Assembly (NCBI GenBank): GCA_963727805.1
Contig: CAVSHF010000005.1
Span: forward strand, 544,001-608,000
DNA: 64,000 nucleotides
Source: an uncultured Nitrospiraceae bacterium
GTDB taxonomy: Bacteria; Nitrospirota; Thermodesulfovibrionia; Thermodesulfovibrionales; Dissulfurispiraceae
Direction of reading: 5' to 3'
Below the pieces are notes generated by a model. The model saw only the letters and a program-made list of their open reading frames with translations. It was not told where the DNA came from and searched no databases. Made by a program: the position numbers and the translations under genes. Positions 1 to 9,263 of this stretch are shown one piece after another (position 1 is the first letter of the stretch; every line of letters begins with the position of its first letter).

Positions 1-313
1 GACGCATCCTGATTTCCTTGATTGTGAGAGTCGTTTGCTGCTTCCTAGCCTTTCGCTCTTTTTTGCCTTCTTCGAATTTGAACTTCGTGTAATCCATAAT
101 CTTGCATACCGGCGGCTCTGCCTGAGGGCTGATCTCCACAAGATCCAAATCTCGTTCCTCGGCCATCTTCAATGCTGAGTCGATATCCATTATTCCGATT
201 TGTCCTTCATCGGCGACAACCCGTATCTCTTTCGCTTTAATCATATGGATCTGATTATTTACTCGGGTCTTATCGACAACCCGTACAGGTGATACTCGTC
301 CTTGATTAGCTAT
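1..313 (-). CDS. infC: Translation initiation factor IF-3, 5' part (runs off window edge), non-AUG (ATA) start
   Basis: Manual translation: (I/M)ANQGRVSPVRVVDKTRVNNQIHMIKAKEIRVVADEGQIGIMDIDSALKMAEERDLDLVEISPQAEPPVCKIMDYTKFKFEEGKKERKARK. It carries the IF-3 N-domain motif DLVEISP.A.PPVCKIMDY. RBS AAAAGGAGG lies 7 nt before the ATA at 313-311. Absent from the ORF track. Confidence 0.93.
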   Translation of the reverse strand, partial: MANQGRVSPVRVVDKTRVNNQIHMIKAKEIRVVADEGQIGIMDIDSALKMAEERDLDLVEISPQAEPPVCKIMDYTKFKFEEGKKERKARKQQTTLTIKEIRMR

Positions 314-570
314 GGTGCGTCCTCCTTTTTTGTTGAGCTTGTCGGCAATTCTGCTCGTTCCGTACACAATAAACGGCACTCATAAGTATAACACTTTTAT
401 CCGCTAAGATTATATTTAATAACAGTAAATGTCGTAATTACATAGTAAGCTCCGCTATTCAGTAAATGCCTGATGGTTCCGTTGTCATCACGCCAACTGT
501 CGTGTTATACCCCGTTGACTATTCCGCGAGATGCAGTAGAATAAGAGTAAGTCTAATCAAGGAGGACATC

Positions 571-687
571 ATGAGTAAAGAAAAAAACAAGCAAAAACCA
601 AATGAAAAGAAAAAACCTCAGCACAGCCTAAAAGAAAAAAGACAAGCAAAGAAAGAAAAGGCCGAAGGTAAGAGCGCCTCTATATGA
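571..687 (+). CDS. Small Lys-rich protein (38 aa)
   Basis: AAGGAGG RBS then ATG at 571; MSKEKNKQKPNEKKKPQHSLKEKRQAKKEKAEGKSASI; followed by a terminator-like hairpin. Confidence 0.7.
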   Translation: MSKEKNKQKPNEKKKPQHSLKEKRQAKKEKAEGKSASI

Positions 688-706
688 TGCTCAGTTAAAC
701 TTACAA

Positions 707-747
707 TGGGTAGGTCTATTCCCGATTCATAGACCCACCCGTTTTTT
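707..747 (+). terminator. Intrinsic terminator between convergent genes
   Basis: GGGTAGGTCTAT...ATAGACCCACCC stem followed by GTTTTTT. Confidence 0.7.
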
Positions 748-751
748 CCCC

Positions 752-1039
752 TCAGCTTAAGTGCTTATTGACTAATTTGGTCATCTCAAACATCGAGACT
801 TGGTTCTTCCCGTCGAATATAGCCAAGAGATTCTCATCTGCATTGATATTTCTCTTGTTCTTTGCATCCTGAAGATTATTTTTCTTTATATATGCCCAGA
901 GTTTCTTGGTTATTTCTGTCCTTGGAAGCGGTTCATTACCCACTATCTTTGCCAATGCACCGCTCGGCTTCATAGCTTTCATAAATGCCGGATTAGGAGC
1001 TCTATTTTTTGAAACTTTCTTTTCCGATTCTGTCATCAT
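752..1039 (-). CDS. Stand-alone SWIB/MDM2-domain protein
   Basis: PS.AL..IVG..PLPRTEITKKLWAYIKKNNLQD.KNKRNINADE.L..IF.GK.QVSMFEMTKLV.KHL, the typical bacterial SWIB signature. Confidence 0.9.
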   Translation of the reverse strand: MMTESEKKVSKNRAPNPAFMKAMKPSGALAKIVGNEPLPRTEITKKLWAYIKKNNLQDAKNKRNINADENLLAIFDGKNQVSMFEMTKLVNKHLS

Positions 1040-1154
1040 AATCTCCTTATGTTTGTGGTTTAGAGTCTGAATTCCTGTATTTCAGAACTGACACTTCTAA
1101 AGTATACACGAATCCAGCCTAAAGCGAGACATTGCACAACATACCACAATTAAT

Positions 1155-2375
1155 CTATCTGCCTACCATTATTTCTTTATAGCAGGTGGAGTTGCGGATG
1201 TTATCAAAATCGCTGTCGGTTCTAATATGTTTCCAGTTGCTATACCCCTTTTTAATTGCAGTTTTCAGCAAGTTGCATGCTTCAGATGTATTGTTTGTCA
1301 TTGAAAAAAGGCAAGCCTTTTCATAGTAAGCCTCAGCCAAATCAGGCTTGAGCTCTATGGCTTTGTTACAATCGTCCATTGCCTGCTGAGTATCACCTGA
1401 GTCATGGTAGTAAGCAGTTCCCCGCCTCGTATAGGCCTCAGCAAAATCAGGCTTGATTTCTATAGCTTTAGTGAAATCTTTAATAGCCTGTTGATCATTG
1501 CCTGAGAGGTAATAAGTAGATCCCCGATTAAAATAAGCCTCAGCAAAACCAGGCTTGATTTCTATAGCTTTAGTAAAATCTTTTATAGCCTGCTGAAAGT
1601 CGCGTAATGCACCATAAGCCCTTCCTCGGTTAAAATAAGCCTCCATATAATCAGGCTTGATTTCTATAGTTTTAGTGAAATCTTTAATAGCCTGCTGAAA
1701 GTCGCGTAATGCACCATAAACCATTCCCCGATTAAAATAAGCCTCAGCAAAATCAGGCTTGATTTCTATAGTTTTAGTGAAATCTTCAATAGCCTGCTGA
1801 AAGTCGTGTAATGCACCATAAGCCCTGCCTCGGTTAAAATGAGCCTTCATATAATCAGGCTTGATTTCTATAGCTTTAGTGAAATCTTTAATAGCCTGCT
1901 GATCATTGTCTGAGAGGTAATAAGTAGATCCCCGATTAAAATAAGCCTCAGCAAAATCAGGCCTGATTTCTATAGCTTTAGTAAAATCTTTAATAGCCTG
2001 CTGAAAGTCGCGTAATGCACCATAAGCCCTGCCTCGGTTAAAATAAGCCTCCATATAATCAGGTTTGAGTTCTATAGCTTTGTTAAACGCATCTCGTGCT
2101 GATCTGTTCATACCTGCTAAGAAATAGTTATTGCCCTGATTAAGCCAATATTCTGATGTATTTTCATAATTCTCGATATGGCTCCTTTGACTTATTGCCT
2201 CTCCTGCTTCATCATAGGCTATCATGACGACTACCGCCTTATTATTTTCCTTGAAAATATTCTGAGCATCCGCAAGACAGATAACGGGAAGAAGAATCAT
2301 GATGAGGAGTAAAATAACTGGAAATAAAGGAAGCTGTCTCTGCTTTAAGGAGTGTTTTATCATTTTCACTCTCAT
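1155..2375 (-). CDS. Secreted tetratricopeptide-repeat protein
   Basis: Hydrophobic signal peptide, about 9 TPR units (AYFNRG..Y....DFQQAIKDFTKAIEIKPD) and a C-terminal capping unit (AYYEKAC...KTAIKKGY...TDSDFDNIR). Confidence 0.92.
   Translation of the reverse strand: MRVKMIKHSLKQRQLPLFPVILLLIMILLPVICLADAQNIFKENNKAVVVMIAYDEAGEAISQRSHIENYENTSEYWLNQGNNYFLAGMNRSARDAFNKAIELKPDYMEAYFNRGRAYGALRDFQQAIKDFTKAIEIRPDFAEAYFNRGSTYYLSDNDQQAIKDFTKAIEIKPDYMKAHFNRGRAYGALHDFQQAIEDFTKTIEIKPDFAEAYFNRGMVYGALRDFQQAIKDFTKTIEIKPDYMEAYFNRGRAYGALRDFQQAIKDFTKAIEIKPGFAEAYFNRGSTYYLSGNDQQAIKDFTKAIEIKPDFAEAYTRRGTAYYHDSGDTQQAMDDCNKAIELKPDLAEAYYEKACLFSMTNNTSEACNLLKTAIKKGYSNWKHIRTDSDFDNIRNSTCYKEIMVGR
1420..2070 (-). repeat. 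Near-identical 102-bp tandem repeats encoding TPR units
   Basis: Blocks such as 'atcaggcttgatttctatagctttagtgaaatctttaatagcctgctga' recur with a 102-nt period; two unit types (GRAYGALRDF and GSTYYLS.ND). Confidence 0.9.
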
Positions 2376-2741
2376 ATGTATCCTCCTGTGATAATGTCTC
2401 GGGACACCTATATCATATTAACACCTTAAAACAGAACTGCTCAGGATGCAAGTCTCCAGTCCACCTTCTATCAAATAGAGCCAATTTTTAACGAAGGCAA
2501 TTTCAGCTACGCCGCCACAAGCATGAGAGAATGTCGGCAGTGCATATTTGCGTTATATGCACATAACCCGCATTGTAACTCTACTATCTTTGCAGCGAGG
2601 CATCTTGCACTGTGGTAAGTGTTTCTTGTGTGTCGGCCTCCAAAGAGAACTTCTAGTGAAAATCTTAATTGATCTCACAACAATGAAAAGCCAGCTAAGG
2701 ATGGATAGCATACCAGCAATTATTGTGTCCTGACCAATTTT

Positions 2742-3182
2742 TTAACTGCGCTCAAAAATCCAAAAGTAGCGCGACATAAAATTCCATAAAAAAGCTACTC
2801 CTGTAGCAGCAATCTTAGCAATAAAAATATAGAGGTTGGTCCACTCAACAAGTGCAGAAAGCACCACTAAATTAATGAAAAGGCCGATGATGCTAACCAT
2901 GTAAACTAGTACAATCTCGCGCTGACGAACGTGACGCCCACTTTTAAAGACAAAGCACAAACTCAAAATATAATTTACAGCGGTAGCCAGGATGAATGAT
3001 AAAATAGCTGAATTTATATAATGCCATTTCAGTATGTATATAAAAATGGCAAACACAAGCCATTCTGACATTGCGGCAATGCCACCAACGCAAAAATATT
3101 TACTGAATTTTAAAAGTAGAGGTTTATATCGCGAAAGACATTTCCTTAAGGCATGTGATGCTATTAAAGTTTCGGAGCCCAC
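2742..3182 (-). CDS. GtrA-family membrane protein (lipid-linked sugar flippase-like)
   Basis: KF.KYF.VGG.A, NY.LS..FVF and WNF.SRYFWIF motifs; four TM segments. Confidence 0.85.
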   Translation of the reverse strand: MGSETLIASHALRKCLSRYKPLLLKFSKYFCVGGIAAMSEWLVFAIFIYILKWHYINSAILSFILATAVNYILSLCFVFKSGRHVRQREIVLVYMVSIIGLFINLVVLSALVEWTNLYIFIAKIAATGVAFLWNFMSRYFWIFERS

Positions 3183-3221
3183 GGATTATCTCTCACGAAT
3201 AGTCATGCTTACTCAACAATA

Positions 3222-3917
3222 TCAACTAAAAAGGTTATACTTCAATATACATCTGAGGGCAGAAACACCGTCGCGCCAACCAATTTTTTTCCCTTCTTCA
3301 TAAGTTCTGCCAGCGTACGATATGCCTACTTCATATATACGAGCTCTCAGTTTAGACACCTTAGCGGTAATTTCAGGCTCAAAACCAAACCGATTTTCTT
3401 CGATAGTAATCTTTGTGTATATGTCCCGTGTGAATACCTTGTAGCAAGTTTCCATATCGGTGAGGTTCAGGTTTGTTAACATGTTGGAAAGAAGGGTTAA
3501 CAGTTTATTTCCAACCATATGCCAGAAATATAATACCCTGTGAGCCTCACCACCCATAAAACGTGAACCATAGACTACATCAGCCCTTCCCAGAAGGATA
3601 GGCTCGATCAACCGCGGGTATTCATTCGGGTTATACTCTAAATCAGCATCCTGAATTATCAATATATCACCAGTGACTTTTCGAAAACCGGTCCGTAAAG
3701 CAGCACCTTTCCCCATATTTTTCTCATGGAGGCAAACCGTTGTGTCGCCACCCGCTAGCGTTTTGACGATTTCCCTTGTACCGTCCGTAGAGCCGTCATC
3801 CACTAAAATAATTTCTTTGTCTATCTCTATAGCCTTTATTGCACGATAGATTTCAATGATCGTTGTTTTTTCATTAAAGACAGGGACAATAACTGACAGT
3901 TTCATTTTACAATCCAA
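3222..3917 (-). CDS. GT2 glycosyltransferase (polyprenol-phosphate sugar transferase, GtrB/DPM1-like)
   Basis: [43 protein letters not shown] and [11 protein letters not shown] motifs. Confidence 0.93.
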   Translation of the reverse strand: MDCKMKLSVIVPVFNEKTTIIEIYRAIKAIEIDKEIILVDDGSTDGTREIVKTLAGGDTTVCLHEKNMGKGAALRTGFRKVTGDILIIQDADLEYNPNEYPRLIEPILLGRADVVYGSRFMGGEAHRVLYFWHMVGNKLLTLLSNMLTNLNLTDMETCYKVFTRDIYTKITIEENRFGFEPEITAKVSKLRARIYEVGISYAGRTYEEGKKIGWRDGVSALRCILKYNLFS

Positions 3918-4835
3918 TTATATCTGCGAAATATGCTACGGTTTTGTTTAAACCTTCAGTGAGATTGACGGACGGGAGCCAAGCCAGCTTCTCCTTGGCC
4001 AATGCGATATCGAGTTGCCTCTGTTTGGGATCATCTTCTGATATAGTCTTAAATGTAATTCTTGATCTCGAACCGGTCAACTTTATTATCACCTCTGCCA
4101 ATTCGCGGACGGAAACTTCCACAGTATTTCCTAACTTTACAGGACCGACAAAATCATCGGGACTTTTCATAAGTTTAACAAGTCCATCAATAAGGTCATC
4201 AACATAACAGAAACTCCTCGTCTGACTACCATCGCCATATATTATAATGTCCTCACCCTTCAACGCCGCAGTAGTAAAAGTTGCTCACCTCGCGACCATC
4301 ATCCAGATGCATTTTCGGTCCATACGTATTAAATATCCTCGCAACTTTTATTTTCAATTTATGCTGCCGATAATAGTCAAAAAAAAAGGGTTCAGCACAT
4401 CGCTTCCCTTCATCGTAACACGCCCTCGATCCAATAGTATTCACATTTCCCCAATAGGTTTCAGGCTGAGGATGAACAGAGGGGTCTCCATATACTTCAC
4501 TTGCAGATGCAAGCAAAATCTTGGCCTTCACTCGCTTGGTTAATACTTCCATGGACCGAAGTCTTTGTTGTTTGAACCGGATCAAACTGATAATGTATTG
4601 GAGACGCCGGACAGACAAGGTTATAGATCTCATCCACTTCACCATAAAGAGGAAAGCAAATGTCATGACACATAACTTCGAAAAAAGGATTTTGCATCAA
4701 AATGGTGATGTTTGCTTTCCTCCCAGTATAATAATTATCCACGCAAAGCACTTCGTCTCCGTCATTCAAAAGTCTTTCACAGAGATGAGAGCCAAGAAAA
4801 CCTGTGCCGCCAGTCACCAGAATACTCTTTTTTAT
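3907..4835 (-). pseudogene. UDP-glucuronate decarboxylase (UXS-like SDR), frameshifted into three pieces
   Basis: [42 protein letters not shown] and GDGSQTRSFCYVDDL are split across ORFs 4497-4817, 4253-4666 and 3907-4263. A deletion near 4540 removes MLGLA, and there is a +1 insertion near 4277. Confidence 0.9.
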
Positions 4836-5298
4836 GGAATTGTTCTTTGGGATTTCTCAATATATTAGATATTATGTCTATATTAACACATAAAGTATAG
4901 TCTTAATTTTTACATATTACTTTCAATTCGACAACACTTCAATTGTGGTCTACACTCTCCAAAGAGCAGACATTCAATTGAGTCAATATTGCTATACAAG
5001 GAAAGGAGCGGCTTAATGCGCAACTGAGAGCTGAAATAGTCGCTGAAAGTCTATCTCAAGCGCAGGTCATCAAGACCGCGTCCACGGTTTTCCTGCACAT
5101 TATATGGTTGCAGCGAATTGTATGACTTCTATGACGGCCGCACCCACTCAGCTTTTTGATGGCGGTAATCAGAGTGACTCGATAAAATGCATAGAAATGA
5201 ACTATAAAACAACCCTAGAATTAATCCTTTTATTTTGCGAGTCGTTTAGTTATACTAACCGCTAAGATAACTGTACAAAAAGATAGTATGCTGAATGG

Positions 5299-6030
5299 GT
5301 GACTCAAATGATCCAGCTTAGTTCGGACATCTGGAAGAGTTTTTGGGATGTGGTCCCTCTAAGTCAAACCACTATAAATTTTATTGAGAGCCCCCTTATT
5401 GGCACAACGTCATTTCTGATCCCCTTCTATCTGTTCCTGATCTCTAGTGCGGTACTCATCTTTATTGTTGAAAATCTGCGTCATGGTGATTTACAACTGG
5501 GAAGATCCTTCAAAAGTACTTCTCACAAGAGACGCTCAGATCTTCGCACTGGTCCGCAAGGTCGTAGACATCATCTCCTACAAACTATCGTGCTATCACT
5601 CATGAAAACAGTTATCCTCACCTGTATTGCGGGAGGAATATTATTTGCTCTAAGAATGGATTATGGGTGGTATAAGCTATGGGAATTCGATAAGGAAGTC
5701 CTCGCACCAATGAGTCTCGACGAACGGATTGCTTTTTTGGAGCAGGCACGAATAAATTTATTTGCTCAATGGTTGAGAACAAATATACCACAAAATGAGC
5801 AAGTAAGAATCATCACTAGCAATTCTTATTTCAGGTTTGTACTAAAATATTACCTTCTACCGGTAAAAAGCTCCGAAAATGGAAACTACATAGTTGTCGC
5901 AGGAGAAAATTATTCTTTTGATCCGGCAAAACATACCTTGCTGCAAGATCGAAATATCGTTGAACAAAATCTTGTCTTGATTAGCCTGGGTCGAGAGTTT
6001 ATTGTATGTCGAAAAGCTAGAGTTAACTAG
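5299..6030 (+). CDS. Membrane protein of unknown function
   Basis: 243-aa ORF with two TM segments and a soluble C-terminal part (..YYLLP..); abuts the next gene. Confidence 0.65.
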   Translation: MTQMIQLSSDIWKSFWDVVPLSQTTINFIESPLIGTTSFLIPFYLFLISSAVLIFIVENLRHGDLQLGRSFKSTSHKRRSDLRTGPQGRRHHLLQTIVLSLMKTVILTCIAGGILFALRMDYGWYKLWEFDKEVLAPMSLDERIAFLEQARINLFAQWLRTNIPQNEQVRIITSNSYFRFVLKYYLLPVKSSENGNYIVVAGENYSFDPAKHTLLQDRNIVEQNLVLISLGREFIVCRKARVN

Positions 6031-7446
6031 ATGATAATTATGATGCTTAGCTATGCAATATTACTACCCACATTAACAGGTTTTTTGTTTGTCAGTTATT
6101 TTTCTCGCTATGAAGATAAACACAATTTGTTTGAAAGACTATGTTTTGGTTTCGGCATGGGGACTGCTTTGCTTACTTTTGAAATGTTTATAGTTGGTCT
6201 GTTGCAAATTCGATTTAGCTTACATTTATTTTCAGCAGTACAAATATTGACTATGATTTTATTTGGTTCGTTGTTGTTTAAATCAAAATATACTTTTATA
6301 GAACTATTTGAATTTAGGCTAAGTAGTGAAATGGGGATACCGTTCTTAAATAACTCCAAGGCACAGTTGATTTTGTTTTTGCTGCTAACAAGCTGGATTC
6401 TGCTAAAGTTTTTTCTTATTACCCGCACGAGCTATATATTGCCGGTTTTTGCGTGGGATAGTTTGGAAAATTGGAGTTCTGCTGCAAAATTTTTTTTCTA
6501 TGAGAAGGGGCTTGCACTGGAGCATTCAGAAGAGCACTTTTTTGGCACGGGATACAGAACCTTTTTGAATTATCCACTGCATGTTCCTTTAATACAGGTA
6601 TGGTTTTCTCTCTGTATCGGAAATATCCATGAAGCATACATCAAATACTGGAATGTTATTTACTTTATTAGCGTTGTTGGATTGCTTTTCTTTGCGCTGA
6701 AAAGGGAAGTTTCAGCAATTATTGCTATTTTCGCAGCTTTCTTCCTCTCATCTGTGCCGCTGCTTACATTTCATGCGACCCAAGCTTATGCAGATTTGCC
6801 TTTGAGCTATTATGCTCTGGCAGTTACCGTATATTTCAGAAAATACATGAAAAGCGAACAAAAAGATGCTAATTACGGCATCCTTACAGTCATGGGATTA
6901 TTTGCAGCTTTCTGTTTATGGACAAAAATAGAGGGCGTTTTGTTTTGTTTAGCATTCAGTACAACTTTAATTTTTTACCTTTTCTTGAAAAGAAACGGTA
7001 CTAAGGAGTTATTAAATAGCATTTGTTTCTATTTGCTGCCTATAAGTATCATAAGCTTTTCCTGGTTTTCTTTTATATTATTGAATAGTATTTCAGGACG
7101 CGGGCTTGAAGGTTTCCTCACTTCGGGTCTCCATTTTGAGGTTTTCCCAATCATCTGGGATCAAATCATGTTTTCTGCAAATTTTAATATTATTTTCATT
7201 TTTTTCTTCACTATGCTTTTCTTGAGTATTAAATCCGTTTTCAACTCTGACTTAAAATATCTTCTAATTGCACTATTATTAATTATGCTGATGTATCTCT
7301 TCATCTACGTGACTACGGATAATTACAAGTGGGTAATGGACTTGGCAGCCATAAATCGTAACATCCTGACGCTAATTCCTATGTTATATTATATCAGCGC
7401 GCTGATGACGGTAGATTTACTAAAGACAACAGATCGTGGAAGGTAA
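6031..7446 (+). CDS. Polytopic GT-C-fold glycosyltransferase (ArnT/PMT-like)
   Basis: About 13 TM helices; WD...W...AK, NYPLH.P, AYAD.PL and WTK.EG motifs typical of GT-C membrane transferases; AT-rich. Confidence 0.7.
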   Translation: MIIMMLSYAILLPTLTGFLFVSYFSRYEDKHNLFERLCFGFGMGTALLTFEMFIVGLLQIRFSLHLFSAVQILTMILFGSLLFKSKYTFIELFEFRLSSEMGIPFLNNSKAQLILFLLLTSWILLKFFLITRTSYILPVFAWDSLENWSSAAKFFFYEKGLALEHSEEHFFGTGYRTFLNYPLHVPLIQVWFSLCIGNIHEAYIKYWNVIYFISVVGLLFFALKREVSAIIAIFAAFFLSSVPLLTFHATQAYADLPLSYYALAVTVYFRKYMKSEQKDANYGILTVMGLFAAFCLWTKIEGVLFCLAFSTTLIFYLFLKRNGTKELLNSICFYLLPISIISFSWFSFILLNSISGRGLEGFLTSGLHFEVFPIIWDQIMFSANFNIIFIFFFTMLFLSIKSVFNSDLKYLLIALLLIMLMYLFIYVTTDNYKWVMDLAAINRNILTLIPMLYYISALMTVDLLKTTDRGR

Positions 7447-8053
7447 CAAGTCTTATCATGTTTCTATGGGCACGGCAAAAACTTTTTAATATTTCGCGGC
7501 CAGACGCGGGAAGGATGTTTGACATTAAGATGCCATGCTAAATATACCCTTTTATGACGTTCAGGTGAAATAATGATATTGAGCCGCAAAGCCTCTCATA
7601 TTAGATCCGGCACCGCATGTTTAAGTGAATATTTACAATATTCTCATGTGCGATGGTATTGTCGAGCAGTCTGATGGGTACAAGTGTAAAGAAACGGCCT
7701 TAGAATATCTATGTTCCTGCAGTCTCCGGCCACTACTTAAACGTTTTGGCAATTAGAGTATTGTTATCACTTGCCACTTATACACATCACCGTAGGGCAT
7801 GGCCTATTACTCAAGCTTTCTTTCGGAAGTCGAGACCATCGTTCGTCGGTGAAGAATGTTTGTACCACCTGAAAATCGATTTTTAGGCCACCTGGACCTA
7901 GCCCTGGTCATGGTGCCACTACGAATTAGAAAATGCCAGCATCACCAGTAATATTTACTTCTTGGTGGACTCTTGAGTCGAACCATATTGCTTTCCACTT
8001 GTACACTTCAGAGTCATCAGGTTAACAACAGGTGTTATTTTCGCGAGAAAAAG

Positions 8054-8082
8054 TTGCCAACTTTACTCTCTTTGGTTATACA
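8054..8082 (+). promoter_or_regulatory. Sigma70-type promoter candidate
   Basis: TTGCCA-17 nt-TATACA. Confidence 0.45.
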
Positions 8083-8234
8083 GTCCCAACTACAACACGG
8101 TGGAGACACGTTTTTTCTTTTTTGAACAGTCGTTTCGAAAAAGCAACCGAAATTTGACCATCTGCGATCACCGAATATTGATCACCCTAAGCTAGTTGAT
8201 AATCAGGGATGATAGTGGGTAATCATCCCGCCGT

Positions 8235-8486
8235 TTATTCGTACTGGCGTCTCAGTTGCCTTGCTTTCTTCCGGTCATACCCGATATCAGCCCTCGAAGT
8301 ATCAGGAACCCTGAGTGGATAGGCGTACCCGGACTCGCTGATCAGCATATCGCCGTCGAGATCCGTTATCATCGAGATATCGCCGGCATTGCTGCATTGC
8401 TTGAACCAGGTCGTATTGTCTCTGGTGAATGCGACTTCAACCGTTTCAAGTCTGCCTTTTTGAGGATTGTACACTGTGGTTTCCAT
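8235..8486 (-). CDS. IS21 passenger protein, unknown function (83 aa)
   Basis: AAGGAG RBS, starts 3 nt after the istB stop, lies inside the IS end repeats. Confidence 0.7.
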   Translation of the reverse strand: METTVYNPQKGRLETVEVAFTRDNTTWFKQCSNAGDISMITDLDGDMLISESGYAYPLRVPDTSRADIGYDRKKARQLRRQYE

Positions 8487-8489
8487 AAG

Positions 8490-9263
8490 TTATTTCTCCT
8501 TGCCTCCATGTTTTCTTTTTTCCTTAAGGCTCTGCTTCAGACGATAGCTGTCCCAGGTGCAGTTAATGATATGGGCTTTATGGGTCAGCCGATCCAGCAG
8601 CGCGGCGGTCATTACCGGATCGCCAAATACTTGGGTCCAGTCGGCAAACCCAAGATTGGTTGTGATCATCACTGACCCTTTCTCGTGCCTTTCCGCCAAA
8701 ACCTGAAACAGTAGTTCCGCTCCTTCCTTGGAGAAAGGTATATACCCCAGTTCGTCCAGAATGAGCAGATCGTAGCGAACATACCTTTGGATAAGACGCT
8801 GTAGCGTCCGCTGCTGTCTTGCTTCGATCAGTTCGTTGACCAGGCCGTAACAGGTGACAAACCGGGTCCGAAAGTTGTTTTTACAGGCTTCGATCCCCAG
8901 GGCAGTGGACATATGCGTCTTGCCAGTGCCACTTCTTCCAAGAAAGATGACATTCCGGCACTCCTTTATATAGCCTTCTGCGGTAAGTTCCCGGAACAGC
9001 CGAAGGTCCAGTTCCGGTACTGCTGCAAGATCGAAGGTCTCCAGTGGCTTGATAATGGGGAACTTTGCCTCCCTGACGCGGCGGTTCAACCTGCTTTCCG
9101 ATCTGGCTTGCAGTTCTGCTACGGTCAGATTGAGGAGAAACTCGTCATAGCCGATCCCGGCTTCCCGGGCTTGACGCACGAACCCCTCAATGTCGCGAGC
9201 CATGGCTGATAGATTCAGCGCCCTGAGATTTGCCTGCAGTTCCATCGACTCTCCGGCTTTCAT
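8490..9263 (-). CDS. istB: IS21 helper ATPase
   Basis: Walker A GRSGTGKTH, Walker B LLILDELGY, plus ITTNL.F..W and A.LDRL.H. Confidence 0.96.
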   Translation of the reverse strand: MKAGESMELQANLRALNLSAMARDIEGFVRQAREAGIGYDEFLLNLTVAELQARSESRLNRRVREAKFPIIKPLETFDLAAVPELDLRLFRELTAEGYIKECRNVIFLGRSGTGKTHMSTALGIEACKNNFRTRFVTCYGLVNELIEARQQRTLQRLIQRYVRYDLLILDELGYIPFSKEGAELLFQVLAERHEKGSVMITTNLGFADWTQVFGDPVMTAALLDRLTHKAHIINCTWDSYRLKQSLKEKRKHGGKEK

